Below, piece after piece: positions 9,855 through 19,007 of a stretch of DNA of 64,000 nucleotides. The stretch spans positions 1 through 64,000 of the forward strand of contig JBBCKI010000068.1 in the NCBI GenBank assembly GCA_037190965.1. Reading direction: 5' to 3'. The DNA comes from Chthoniobacteraceae bacterium (GTDB lineage: Bacteria > Verrucomicrobiota > Verrucomicrobiia > Chthoniobacterales > Chthoniobacteraceae). A program made the position numbers and the translations under genes. The first letter of the stretch is position 1; each line of letters starts with the position of its first letter. The notes beneath the pieces are model-generated. The model was not told the DNA's origin. It made no database searches and saw nothing but the letters and a program-made list of their open reading frames with translations.

Positions 9855-10022
9855 TAGAGCATTTTCGGCTTATTCTGTCGCATGCTTTGCGGTGGCGCAG
9901 GCCGTTGCGCGGCCCTTCGAGCTTGGGCAGTATTGAAAATACAGCCGCTGCGCTCGAAAAACCGCGCAACAACCTACGGCACTCGCAAAATCATTGCGAC
10001 ATTCTAAACCGAAAAAGCTCTA
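9855..10022 (+). mobile_element. ~165-bp TA-flanked MITE-like rod-hairpin element, family B, copy 1
   Basis: TA-GAGCATTTTCGG...CCGAAAAAGCTC-TA; central GGGCAGTATTGAAAATACAGCC shared with 27635 and 43110. Confidence 0.85.
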
Positions 10023-10077
10023 AAATGGACGTGCCGGACAGAGGACGGTACCAGAGGGAGCTCCCTCTTCCACGCGT

Positions 10078-10596
10078 TTATCTCCAGCTGTTGCAATCGG
10101 CAATCCGATGGACCGTGGGGGCGGCAGGGAGTTTGGCGAACAACGCGGCCACCGGTTCATGGTAACCGGGCAGCAGCAGATCGGGGCGGATCTCGTTGAG
10201 CGGTTCCAGCACGAACCGGCGTGAATGCAGCCGGGGGTGGGGGATCACCAACTCGTCGTTGCTTATGGCGAGATTGCCGACGTAGAGGATGTCGAGGTCG
10301 ATGGTGCGCGGGGCATTGCGCGGGCGTCTGGAAGGGCGGCCCAGCCGGTTCTCGATCTGCTGGAGCGCGTCGAGCAGGACCGCCGGTTGACCGTCGTATT
10401 CGATCTCCATCACCGCGTTCAGGTAAGGAGCCGAGCCGGGTTCGCAATCGACCGGCTCGGTTTCGTACACCGAGGAATAAAGCGGTGCGCCATGGCCCCC
10501 TGCCGCAACATGGAGGCGTTCCACGGCTGCGCGGGCCTCTTTCAAACGGGCAAGGCGGTCTCCAACGTTGGAGCCGAGAGCGATGCCGCAACGCAT
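10078..10596 (-). CDS. folK: 6-hydroxymethyl-7,8-dihydropterin pyrophosphokinase
   Basis: IALGSNVGD, SSVYETEP, PRTIDLDIL and IPHPRLHSRRFVLEPL. Confidence 0.96.
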   Translation of the reverse strand: MRCGIALGSNVGDRLARLKEARAAVERLHVAAGGHGAPLYSSVYETEPVDCEPGSAPYLNAVMEIEYDGQPAVLLDALQQIENRLGRPSRRPRNAPRTIDLDILYVGNLAISNDELVIPHPRLHSRRFVLEPLNEIRPDLLLPGYHEPVAALFAKLPAAPTVHRIADCNSWR

Positions 10597-10606
10597 GGCT
10601 CCCTCC

Positions 10607-11350
10607 TTATTTGAGCCCCAGCACGTCCTGCATGTCGTACAGGCCGGGGGCTCCGGAGGCGGCGGCCCATTTCGCGGCGCGGACGGATCCTCGTGCGAAC
10701 GTATCGCGGCTGGAGGCTTTGTGGGTCAGTTCCACGCGCTCCCCGACGTTGGCGTAAATGACGGTGTGATCGCCCACCACGTCGCCGCCGCGAACGGCGT
10801 GCATCCCAATTTCCGTGCGCGTGCGTTCCCCGACGATTCCTTCGCGCCCATGGCGGACGTCGTCGTTGTAGGAAAGGTCGCGGACTTTCGCGAGAATCTC
10901 GGCGAGGCGTTTGGCGGTACCGCTCGGGGAATCCTTCTTGAGCCGGTGATGCATCTCGACGACTTCGAGGTCGAAGTCCGGCCCGAGGATCTCGGCCGCC
11001 TTTTGCGTGAGCCAGAAGAGGGTGTTCACGCCGACGCTGAAGTTCGGCGCGAAGACGATCGGGATCGTGCTGGCGGCGGCATTCACGGCGACGACCTGGG
11101 CGTCGCTCTGGCCGGTCGTGCCGATGACGAGGATCTTCCCGGCGGCGGCGCAGTCTGCGGCGATCTTATCGGTCAGGCTGTGATGGCTGAAGTCGATCAC
11201 AGCGTCGCATTGAGTCAGCGCGGTGGCGAAGTCGTCGCCGTGATCGATCTCAGCGGAGACGACGACGGCGGGGTCTTCTTTGATGGCGGCAATGATCGCC
11301 TGGCCCATGCGCCCCTTGGCGCCGTTAACAAGAATCCGGAGCGGGTTCAT
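10607..11350 (-). CDS. dapB: 4-hydroxy-tetrahydrodipicolinate reductase
   Basis: GAKGRMG, VIGTTG, APNFSVGV and EMHHRLKKDSPSGTA; start MNPLR. Confidence 0.96.
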   Translation of the reverse strand: MNPLRILVNGAKGRMGQAIIAAIKEDPAVVVSAEIDHGDDFATALTQCDAVIDFSHHSLTDKIAADCAAAGKILVIGTTGQSDAQVVAVNAAASTIPIVFAPNFSVGVNTLFWLTQKAAEILGPDFDLEVVEMHHRLKKDSPSGTAKRLAEILAKVRDLSYNDDVRHGREGIVGERTRTEIGMHAVRGGDVVGDHTVIYANVGERVELTHKASSRDTFARGSVRAAKWAAASGAPGLYDMQDVLGLK

Positions 11351-11361
11351 GGCTAAAGAGA

Positions 11362-12240
11362 TCAGGCAATCAGCTTGAGAGCGGCGGCTGTGGCACGCAG
11401 CTTTGCCGCGTTGTCTGCCGTCATCTCGCAGAGCGGGAGGCGGAATTCCAGGGCAATGCGGTCCTGCCACGCCAGCGCGGTCTTGATCGGCACCGGGTTG
11501 GTTTCGACAAAGAGATCGCGGAAGAGTGGATACCAGTGCTCGTGATGCACGCGAGCCTTGGCGAAATCGCCCGAAAGGGCCGCCCGCACCAGCGCGCTGA
11601 CTTCAGCGGGGATGATGTTGGAGGCGACGCTGATGACGCCGACCGCGCCCGTTGCCATGAACGGCAGGGTAAGCGCGTCGTCGCCCGAGACGATCTCGAA
11701 AGTTTCCGGCAAGGCCTGGCGCAACTGGCTCACGCGATCCACGCTGCCGCCCGCCTCTTTGATAGCGACGACGTTCGGGCAGGCTGCTGCGAGACGGCGA
11801 ACTGTTTCCACGCCGATCTCGATGCCCGCACGGCCGGGGATACTATAGAGGACGAGCGGAAGCTTCGTCGCGTCCGCGATCGCCTTGTAGTGGCGGAAAA
11901 GTCCTTCCTGCGTCGGCTTGTTGTAATACGGCGAGACGAGCAGGGCGGCGTCCGCGCCTGCCTTTTCGGCCTCCACCGTCAGCGAAATCGCTTCGGCGGT
12001 CGAGTTGGAGCCGGTTCCGGCAATGACCTTGCAGCGGCCTTTGGCCTGTTTGACGGCGAGCTCAACGACACGGGCATGTTCCTCGTGGTCTAGCGTGGGC
12101 GATTCACCGGTCGTGCCTACGGGCACGATGCCGCTGATGCCGTTCTCAATCTGGAACTCGATGAGACGCACAAACGCCGCTTCGTCGAAGCGGTTGTTTT
12201 GAAATGGCGTGACCAACGCCGTATGGGCTCCTTCAAACAT
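11362..12240 (-). CDS. dapA: 4-hydroxy-tetrahydrodipicolinate synthase
   Basis: GTTGESPTL, PYYNKP, AIKEA, SGDD and ETNPVPIK. Confidence 0.97.
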   Translation of the reverse strand: MFEGAHTALVTPFQNNRFDEAAFVRLIEFQIENGISGIVPVGTTGESPTLDHEEHARVVELAVKQAKGRCKVIAGTGSNSTAEAISLTVEAEKAGADAALLVSPYYNKPTQEGLFRHYKAIADATKLPLVLYSIPGRAGIEIGVETVRRLAAACPNVVAIKEAGGSVDRVSQLRQALPETFEIVSGDDALTLPFMATGAVGVISVASNIIPAEVSALVRAALSGDFAKARVHHEHWYPLFRDLFVETNPVPIKTALAWQDRIALEFRLPLCEMTADNAAKLRATAAALKLIA

Positions 12241-12285
12241 GGGGCGTTATTGTTGAGCAGGTTTTTGCCGTCGTGTCCCGCAAAA

Positions 12286-13101
12286 TCACCGTCCTGCGGC
12301 GTTGATTTGTCCCTCAAAAACGAAATCCGCCGGGCCGGTGAGCGTGACATTCCCGTAGTTCTCCCCGTTCTTTTCGAAGGCGACCTGCATCGTGTCGCCG
12401 CCGCGAACCTGAACCGAGACCGGGCTGGCTGCCCCGGTGGTCTCATGAAAGAGCAGGGCGGTGGCGACCACGCCGGTGCCACAGGCAAGGGTTTCCCCCT
12501 CCACGCCGCGCTCATAGGTGCGGACGGCAACGGTCCCCGGGGCGATCTGCCGGGCAAAATTAACGTTCGTGCCACGCGGGGAAAAGGCGTCGTGGTATCG
12601 GACCGCCGCGCCGAGCGTCAGCACCGGGGTATTCTCCAGGTCTTCCACAAAGAGAACGGCATGCGGCACGCCGGTGTTGAGGGAGTGGACCGTGTGCGCT
12701 TCTCCGTTGACCGGCACCGCTTGGGCAAGGCGGAGATCCTTCGGCTCGCTCATCGCGAGGCGGACGTTGTTTTCACCCACGAACTCCGCCGAGATCACCC
12801 CGGCGATGGTTTCGAAGGAGATGGTATCGGTTTTTCCCGCCAAACGCCCCGCATACCGCGCGAAGCAGCGCGCCCCGTTGCCGCACATCTCGGCTTCGCC
12901 GCCGTCGCTGTTGTAATAGCGCATGCGGAAGTCCGCGCCGTTCTGCGAAGGTTCCACCGCGAGCAGGCCGTCGGCTCCCACCCCTCGATGGCGGTCGCAG
13001 AGGCGGGCGATCGTGTCGCGGTTGAGCGGAAGGTTCCCCTTGCGGTTGTCGACGAGGACGAAATCGTTCCCCGCGCCGTTCATCTTGGTGAAATTGAGCA
13101 T
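12286..13101 (-). CDS. dapF: Diaminopimelate epimerase
   Basis: FTKMNGAGNDF, EMCGNGARC and ERGVEGETLACGTG. Confidence 0.97.
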   Translation of the reverse strand: MLNFTKMNGAGNDFVLVDNRKGNLPLNRDTIARLCDRHRGVGADGLLAVEPSQNGADFRMRYYNSDGGEAEMCGNGARCFARYAGRLAGKTDTISFETIAGVISAEFVGENNVRLAMSEPKDLRLAQAVPVNGEAHTVHSLNTGVPHAVLFVEDLENTPVLTLGAAVRYHDAFSPRGTNVNFARQIAPGTVAVRTYERGVEGETLACGTGVVATALLFHETTGAASPVSVQVRGGDTMQVAFEKNGENYGNVTLTGPADFVFEGQINAAGR

Positions 13102-13140
13102 AAGAGCGAGGGTCTTTTTTATCTTGGAGGAGCCCCGGAA

Positions 13141-13677
13141 TCAATCGGTTTCCGGGCCTTCAGCGAGAGAGGGCCGTTGGCGTCTTTCCAGGAAAAAGGA
13201 GCGGAGCAGGTGGCGGCATTCGTCGACTCTCACCTCGCGGGTCACTTCGCACTGGTGATTGAGCGACGGGTTCTGGACAATGTTGAAAAGCCCCCCGACG
13301 CCGCCTCCTTTCGGGTCGCCACAGCCGAAAATGACCCGGGAGAGCCGGACGTGGACGATTGCTCCGGCGCACATCGGGCACGGCTCCTTGGTCACGTAAA
13401 GCTCGCACTCGTTGAGCCGCCAATCGCCGATTACGCTCTCGGCCTGGGTGATCGCGAGCATCTCCGCGTGGGCGGTGGCATCCTTGAGTTGCTCCACCTG
13501 ATTGAAGGCGCGGGCGATGATCTTGCCGCGATGGGTGATGACCGCCCCCACCGGGACCTCCTCGGCGGCGTACGCCCGCTGGGCCTGCCGCAGCGCTTCT
13601 CCCATAAAGTAGGCGTCGCTGTGAAGGTCGATGATCGGGGCGGAGGGTGCGGGCGGGGTGCTTGAGTCAGGGTTCAT
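13141..13677 (-). CDS. tadA: tRNA adenosine(34) deaminase
   Basis: EVPVGAV, AHAE, EPCPMCAGA and DPKGG. Confidence 0.93.
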   Translation of the reverse strand: MNPDSSTPPAPSAPIIDLHSDAYFMGEALRQAQRAYAAEEVPVGAVITHRGKIIARAFNQVEQLKDATAHAEMLAITQAESVIGDWRLNECELYVTKEPCPMCAGAIVHVRLSRVIFGCGDPKGGGVGGLFNIVQNPSLNHQCEVTREVRVDECRHLLRSFFLERRQRPSLAEGPETD

Positions 13678-13736
13678 TCAGTAGAAGGGCAGAAGATCAA
13701 CATGACACGGAAGGAGGAAACCGGAAACCTCGGATT

Positions 13737-13810
13737 GGTAGTCCGCTCGCGCCGTCGAGCGCGGCAGACGATCAGGAGGCGCGTTTGTCACCCATTCCTG
13801 CCGGACGGGC
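13737..13810 (+). repeat. Family A REPIN, partial copy (left REP plus part of the spacer)
   Basis: GGTAGTCCGCTCGCGCCGTCGAGCGCGG..GCGCGTTTG..CCCATTCC..GGACGGGC. Confidence 0.75.
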
Positions 13811-13914
13811 TCTCCGTTTCCCGGTTTTTTTCACCGGTTTCCACGATTTATGTTTGCCTTGGTCCGGAAATCGGTTAAGTAACCCGGCTCTTTTCCATAC
13901 AAGAGGCCACGACC

Positions 13915-14262
13915 ATGAACATCATCCAGACCATCGAAAAGGAACAGCTCAAGAACGAAGTAACCCCGTTCAAGGTAGGCGACAGCGTACGGGTTCATAC
14001 GCGCGTGGTCGAAGGCGACAAAGAGCGTATCCAGATCTTCACCGGCATTGTGATCGGCCGCAAGGGCACCGGAATCAACGCCGCCTTCACCGTCCGCCGT
14101 ATCTCCTACGGCGAGGGCGTCGAGCGCGTTTTCCCGCTGCACTCGCCCCGCGTGGCCAAGGTTGAAGTCGAGAAGTCCGGCATTGCCCGCCGCGCCAAGC
14201 TCAACTACCTCCGCCAGCGCAAGGGCAAGCAGGCGATGGCCGTCCGCGAAAAAGCGGTGTAA
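13915..14262 (+). CDS. rplS: 50S ribosomal protein L19
   Basis: [19 protein letters not shown] and [21 protein letters not shown]. Confidence 0.98.
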   Translation: MNIIQTIEKEQLKNEVTPFKVGDSVRVHTRVVEGDKERIQIFTGIVIGRKGTGINAAFTVRRISYGEGVERVFPLHSPRVAKVEVEKSGIARRAKLNYLRQRKGKQAMAVREKAV

Positions 14263-14272
14263 TTTTCACGCC

Positions 14273-14896
14273 ATGCGGTGTTCCCTTCGGCACGAGCGCG
14301 CGTTGCGCAAGGCGGGAGTGGAGATCATCGCGGGCATTGACGAAGCGGGCCGCGGCCCACTGGCAGGTCCAGTGGTCGCGGCCGCTGTCATTTTACCGGA
14401 TCGCTTCCGGCACAAGACGCTCACCGATTCCAAAAAGCTTTCCGCCGAGACGCGCGCGGCGATCTATGAGGAATTGACCGCCGAGGGAGCATGCATCCAA
14501 TGGACGGTGGCAGTGGTCGAGCATGACGAGATCGACCGGATCAATATTCTTCGGGCGACACACCAGGCCATGCGCCGGGCCGTGGGTGCTCTGCCTCGGA
14601 CTCCGCATCATGCGTTGATCGACGGGCTCCCTGTCCGTCCGTTTCCGGTTCCGCAGACAGCGTTGGTCAAGGGGGACGCGGCCAGCTTTTCCATCGCGGC
14701 GGCCAGCATCATCGCGAAGGTCACCCGCGACCGGATCATGATGGAGATGGACGCGCGTTATCCCGAGTATCAATTTGCGCGGCATAAAGGCTATGGCACC
14801 GCCGAACATCTTGATAAACTGCGGATCCATGGGCCCTCTCCGATCCATCGTCGCAGCTTTCTGCCGGTTAGCGACACGCAGCTCGACTTCCTCTAG
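14273..14896 (+). CDS. rnhB: Ribonuclease HII
   Basis: GIDEAGRGPLAGPV, DSKKL, IAAASIIAKVTRD and HKGYGT. Confidence 0.97.
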   Translation: MRCSLRHERALRKAGVEIIAGIDEAGRGPLAGPVVAAAVILPDRFRHKTLTDSKKLSAETRAAIYEELTAEGACIQWTVAVVEHDEIDRINILRATHQAMRRAVGALPRTPHHALIDGLPVRPFPVPQTALVKGDAASFSIAAASIIAKVTRDRIMMEMDARYPEYQFARHKGYGTAEHLDKLRIHGPSPIHRRSFLPVSDTQLDFL

Positions 14897-15287
14897 TTCT
14901 TCGCCAAGTGATCCCAGGCACGCGCTTGGGCGCGCCGGGGAAAAACTCGCCGCGAAGGCGCTTCGCCGCGCGGGATATAAAGTCCTGTACCGGAATTACC
15001 GCGCACCGAGGGGAGGGGAGGTCGACCTTGTTTGTCGCAAGGGGGATGTGCTGGTTTTTGTGGAGGTCAAAACGCGCCGGTCCGTGCGTTTTGGTGCGCC
15101 GGCAGAAGCGGTGACATTGGATAAACAGCATTTGATAGCCAGGGGTGCATTATCCTGGCTCAAGCGCCTTGGAAACCCGGAAATTTTTTTCCGGTTCGAT
15201 ATTGTTGAAGTGTTGTTCGTGGAGAAAAAGTCTCAGGTTTGCATTATTGAGAATGCCTTTACTCTACCGGAACCATATCACTATTGA
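14829..15287 (+). CDS. yraN: YraN (UPF0102) family nuclease-like protein; start uncertain
   Basis: LGRAGE..A, GY.VL.RNYR, GEVDLV, LVFVEVKTR and RFDIV; nearest in-frame ATG lies inside rnhB. Confidence 0.85.
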   Translation: MGPLRSIVAAFCRLATRSSTSSSSSPSDPRHALGRAGEKLAAKALRRAGYKVLYRNYRAPRGGEVDLVCRKGDVLVFVEVKTRRSVRFGAPAEAVTLDKQHLIARGALSWLKRLGNPEIFFRFDIVEVLFVEKKSQVCIIENAFTLPEPYHY

Positions 15288-15321
15288 TAGATCCGCGGCC
15301 CTGAGCGGCCTCAATACCAAG

Positions 15322-15393
15322 AAAAAAACGTCCCGGAGAGATCGTTGATCGTGCTTTATTTCGATCAACTGTCCCTCCGGGACGGATATTTTT
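15322..15393. terminator. Long hairpin, probable bidirectional terminator
   Basis: CGTCCCGGAG..GTTGATCG-loop-CGATCAAC..CTCCGGGACG (15329-15384); 7-U tract on the minus strand and T-rich tail on the plus strand; lies between convergent genes. Confidence 0.8.
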
Positions 15394-15518
15394 GGCTATA
15401 GCCTGTTTTTGGTTGGCTAGAGCAAATGACGCATTAACGTCAGCGGTTAGTCAAAAGTTCCAAAGATTCCCTAAGGGATTATCCGAGGAGTGAATAGTGA
15501 CAAACCTGCCTTGGCTGA

Positions 15519-16259
15519 TTAGGCTTTAAGGCGATAGCGCGCAGGGCCCACCTTCTGAATGCCTTCAATGCGCTTTCCGGTTGTTACAAACCAGATGTAG
15601 AGGTTTTTGTACTTGGTTCCGACTTTGTCGGAAAGGTCTTTGATGGTGATGCCGCTGTCTCCCGCTTTCCTGAGCACATCGAGAATCTGGGTCTTCAATT
15701 CACCACGCTTGGCGGGTGCCTTTGCGCCTTTGGCGACGGCCTTGGCAGCCGCGGGACGGCCTGCTTTGGCTTTGACGGCCTTGGGAGCTTTAACTGCTTT
15801 CGGAGCTTTAGCTGCCTTCGCCGGCTTGACGGCTTTTGCCTTTCCTGCGGGAGCTTTAGCGGCTTTGGTAGCGCCTCCGCTCAAGGTATACTGGGCTTCG
15901 CCAGTCTTTTTAAGGCCCCTGACCTTCTTGGCGTTGGTGCTGAACCAGGAGTGAATATTGGCGGGCTTGGTGCCGATCCGGACTGCTAGTTCGCGAACGG
16001 TAATCCCTTTTTCGCCTGCCGCATCGAGGGTTTCCAGAATCTGTTCCCGCAAGGCACCGCGGCGTTTGCGGCCGCTGACTACAACCTGCGGAGCTTTTGG
16101 CTGCTTGGCGGTTGCGCCCCGTGCCTGCTTGCCTGCGCCGTAAAGCTCGCCTTTGAGGCTGGCGATCTTTTTCTCCAGGGCTGCGACTGAGCTTTGCAAG
16201 CTGGCGCATTGTTTTTCAATGCCTTTAAGTTGTGAGATGCGTGAAGTGGTCATAGTCAT
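15519..16259 (-). CDS. Basic putative DNA-binding/nucleoid protein (coiled coil, two winged-HTH repeats, Lys/Ala/Pro linker)
   Basis: Two homologous ~60-aa units RG(A/E)L..QIL..L..AG..GIT...L...(I/V)GTK..N...WF.T..K...G..K.G.A.Y.L separated by KAPKA-type repeats. Confidence 0.75.
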   Translation of the reverse strand: MTMTTSRISQLKGIEKQCASLQSSVAALEKKIASLKGELYGAGKQARGATAKQPKAPQVVVSGRKRRGALREQILETLDAAGEKGITVRELAVRIGTKPANIHSWFSTNAKKVRGLKKTGEAQYTLSGGATKAAKAPAGKAKAVKPAKAAKAPKAVKAPKAVKAKAGRPAAAKAVAKGAKAPAKRGELKTQILDVLRKAGDSGITIKDLSDKVGTKYKNLYIWFVTTGKRIEGIQKVGPARYRLKA

Positions 16260-16685
16260 GTTTGGTGAGGATGTATGGTTAAATAGTATGGCTAGCAAGC
16301 ATTTTCTTTTAGTGTTGGATTTCCGCTAATGGGAATAGCTATGGCAAATTGATTCGATGCGGAAGGCTTTGGAGCCGCTGCCTTGTTTGGCGGGTTGGGT
16401 TCTAATAAATAGCCGTGTAACAGGCTTTCCTTGATTTCGGAGTGGGGGGAAGGCTTTCAAGAACGATAGCGATGACTGGTTTCGGGTCTATCCATTCATA
16501 ACGTTTGTCGGGACGGAACTGGTTCGGTAGGAATTCAATTTTATCGTGAGGCGGCGCTCTTTTGGCATTGCGGCGGGTGTGTTAGGGAACCACTGACTTG
16601 GAAATTCATTCAATCAGCGATTCCTTGGATTTGCCTGCCATATCGCTTTATCCAGCGGTGATTTGGGTGTATTCTTCGCGAACGT

Positions 16686-16901
16686 ATGCCGACCTATATT
16701 TACGAGACCTTGGAGGAACCTCATCGCCAGTTTGAAGTCAAACAGGGGATGAACGAGCCTGCTTTGACGCAGGATCCGGAGACCGGCGAGCCGGTTCGGC
16801 GCGTGATTTCCGGCGGCTACGGTATTCTGCAGAAGGGCGGGACCGGTGCGACAGGCGGCGGTGGCGGGAGCTGCGGGCATGGGTGCGGTTGCCATTCCTG
16901 A
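16686..16901 (+). CDS. FmdB-family zinc-ribbon-like small protein (core Cys absent)
   Basis: MPTYxYE...FEVKQ.M....LT..PE.G..VRRVIS pattern; C-terminal CGHGCGCH. Confidence 0.8.
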   Translation: MPTYIYETLEEPHRQFEVKQGMNEPALTQDPETGEPVRRVISGGYGILQKGGTGATGGGGGSCGHGCGCHS

Positions 16902-16940
16902 TCCCTTGGTGCCACCATTTCTGGAGTCTTTCCGATCCGC

Positions 16941-18128
16941 ATGAACGACCGGTCAAAACTATACATTATCTTTCTTACGGTCTTCATTGACCTGATCGGA
17001 TTTGGCATCGTGATTCCGGTATTGCCGCTTTACGCCAAGCATTTTGGTGCTTCGGCAACGGTCAACGGCTGGCTGGTCGCGGTTTATTCCGCCGCGCAAT
17101 TTCTGGCGGCGCCGCTGATGGGAAAGATTTCCGACCGCGTGGGGCGCAAACCGGTGCTTTTCATCAGTCTGCTGGGGACGGCGGCCGGGTTCTTTATCAT
17201 GGGCTGGGCCACAACGCTATTGTGGCTGTTTGTGGCGCGGATCATTGACGGAGTGAGCGGCGGCAATATTGCGACGGCTCAAGCGTATATTGCCGATGTC
17301 ACTGCGCCGGAGGAACGCTCGAAAGCGATGGGGTTGCTCGGCGCCGCGTTTGGCCTCGGGTTTATCATTGGCCCGGCTGTGGGCGGGATCATGAGCCAGA
17401 TTTCCATCGGGGCTCCCTTTTATTTTGCGGGGGCGCTGGCTTTGTTTAACGCGGCGTTGGTTCACTACCGGTTGCCGGAGAGTCTGGCCAAGGAGCATCG
17501 CAGTTCTCCGGAGGAGAGAGCGTCGATGCGCGTGGTCCTGCAGCATGGCTCCCATCTCCCCGCGTTGATGGCGGCCTATTTTTTCGCGATCACCGGCTTT
17601 TCCATCCTCACCACCAACTTCGCGCTGTTTACTTCCGAGCGGTTCGGATTCGACCAGGTGCATAATGGATACATTTTCTCTTTTATCGGCGCCGTTGGGG
17701 TCATCATGCAGGGGCTGGTGCTTCGTCACGCCCTCAAGCGAGGAAGCGAGAAGAGCATTGCGCTCACGGGTGGCCTTCTTCTTGCGCTGGGAATGGCACT
17801 TCTGCCGTTGAGCGGCGGTCTGGCTGGGTTGCTGGTGTTTACCGCCCTTATCGGCATCGGCAACAGTTTCATCACTCCCACCTTGAATGGCCTCGCTTCC
17901 CGGAGCGCAGACCGGAGCTGGCAGGGGCGGGTGGTCGGGTTGATGCAGTCGGCAGGAAGCCTCGGGAGATTCGTCGGCCCTTTTGTCGGCGGCTGGCTGC
18001 TTTCAAAAGATCCCGCGACTTCTTCTGCCTACGGGCGCACGCCGTTCTGGATAGGCTCTGCTATTCTCGTGATTGCGGTGTTCTGTATCATGCGGCTGCC
18101 GGCTCTCCCAAAAACGGCGGAACAGTAG
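16941..18128 (+). CDS. MFS transporter, TetA/DHA1-like
   Basis: D.IGFGIVIPVLP, GKISDRVGRKPV motif A and GFIIGPAVGG motif C; about 12 TM segments. Confidence 0.92.
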   Translation: MNDRSKLYIIFLTVFIDLIGFGIVIPVLPLYAKHFGASATVNGWLVAVYSAAQFLAAPLMGKISDRVGRKPVLFISLLGTAAGFFIMGWATTLLWLFVARIIDGVSGGNIATAQAYIADVTAPEERSKAMGLLGAAFGLGFIIGPAVGGIMSQISIGAPFYFAGALALFNAALVHYRLPESLAKEHRSSPEERASMRVVLQHGSHLPALMAAYFFAITGFSILTTNFALFTSERFGFDQVHNGYIFSFIGAVGVIMQGLVLRHALKRGSEKSIALTGGLLLALGMALLPLSGGLAGLLVFTALIGIGNSFITPTLNGLASRSADRSWQGRVVGLMQSAGSLGRFVGPFVGGWLLSKDPATSSAYGRTPFWIGSAILVIAVFCIMRLPALPKTAEQ

Positions 18129-18182
18129 CTGCACTATTCTGCGCTCGACACCCTCGCGCGCTTCGATTTTCCTTTTACTCTT

Positions 18183-18992
18183 ATGTCTAACGCTCTGGAA
18201 GACTCCGTGGCGGATGTGATCGGCAAGGCGCAACGCGGCTTGAAACTGTCGGAGAATGAACTGAGTTCGCGCTCGGGAATTTCGGCGGCGGAACTGCAAC
18301 GCGCGCTTGCGGGACAGGCCGATGCGCCAATCCTTGAAAAACTTGCTCCTGTGCTTGGGTTGAACGCGCGCGCGCTCGCCGGTCTCCCCGGTTATCATCC
18401 GGGCGACCTTCACGTTGAAGGCCTGGAGCGGTTCAGCACGCCGTGGGACGATATGATCGTCAATGCCTATGTGGCCGCGGATTTCGCCAGCGGCGAGGCG
18501 GTCGCCTTCGACACCGGCGCGGACTGCGCGCCTTTGCTGGACTGGCTGCGTGACAAGGGCGTGAAGCTTCGCCTGATCTTGCTGACGCATACGCATGGCG
18601 ATCATATCTTCGATCTCGATAAACTCAAGGAACGGACCGGCGCGCAGGCCTACGTTACCAGCCGCGAGCCTTTGGAGGGGGCGGAGTCATTCGAGCCCGG
18701 GCGCGAGTTCCATTGCGGAGCCCTTCGTATCGAAACACGATTGACCTCGGGGCATTCCCCGGGCGGCATCAGCTATATCATCCACGGGCTGGAGAAACCG
18801 GTGGCGGTGGTCGGGGATGCACTTTTTGCCGGGTCGATGGGCGGCGCCAACCTTGCTTATGCGGAAGCGCTCGATAACAACCGCAAGCAACTCTTTACTT
18901 TGTCACCGGAGACGGTGCTTTGTCCCGGACACGGCCCCTTGACCACGGTGGGCCGGGAGCTTGAACATAACCCTTTCTTCGCAACCCTTTAG
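18183..18992 (+). CDS. MBL-fold metallo-hydrolase with N-terminal HTH-like extension
   Basis: THTHGDH, GHSPGG, GDALFAGS and PGHGP. Confidence 0.9.
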   Translation: MSNALEDSVADVIGKAQRGLKLSENELSSRSGISAAELQRALAGQADAPILEKLAPVLGLNARALAGLPGYHPGDLHVEGLERFSTPWDDMIVNAYVAADFASGEAVAFDTGADCAPLLDWLRDKGVKLRLILLTHTHGDHIFDLDKLKERTGAQAYVTSREPLEGAESFEPGREFHCGALRIETRLTSGHSPGGISYIIHGLEKPVAVVGDALFAGSMGGANLAYAEALDNNRKQLFTLSPETVLCPGHGPLTTVGRELEHNPFFATL

Positions 18993-19007
18993 ATCCCTTG
19001 GTTTATC

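Noticed and set aside
9855..10022. Family B elements as integron attC sites
   Set aside because: They lack RYYYAAC/GTTRRRY ends, lie between core genes, and no intI is present.
12199..13665. 488-aa + strand ORF (similar shadows at 8154-9374, 46574-48121 and 57495-58712)
   Set aside because: Antisense to dapF/tadA, rtcB, the RND permease and pyrB respectively.
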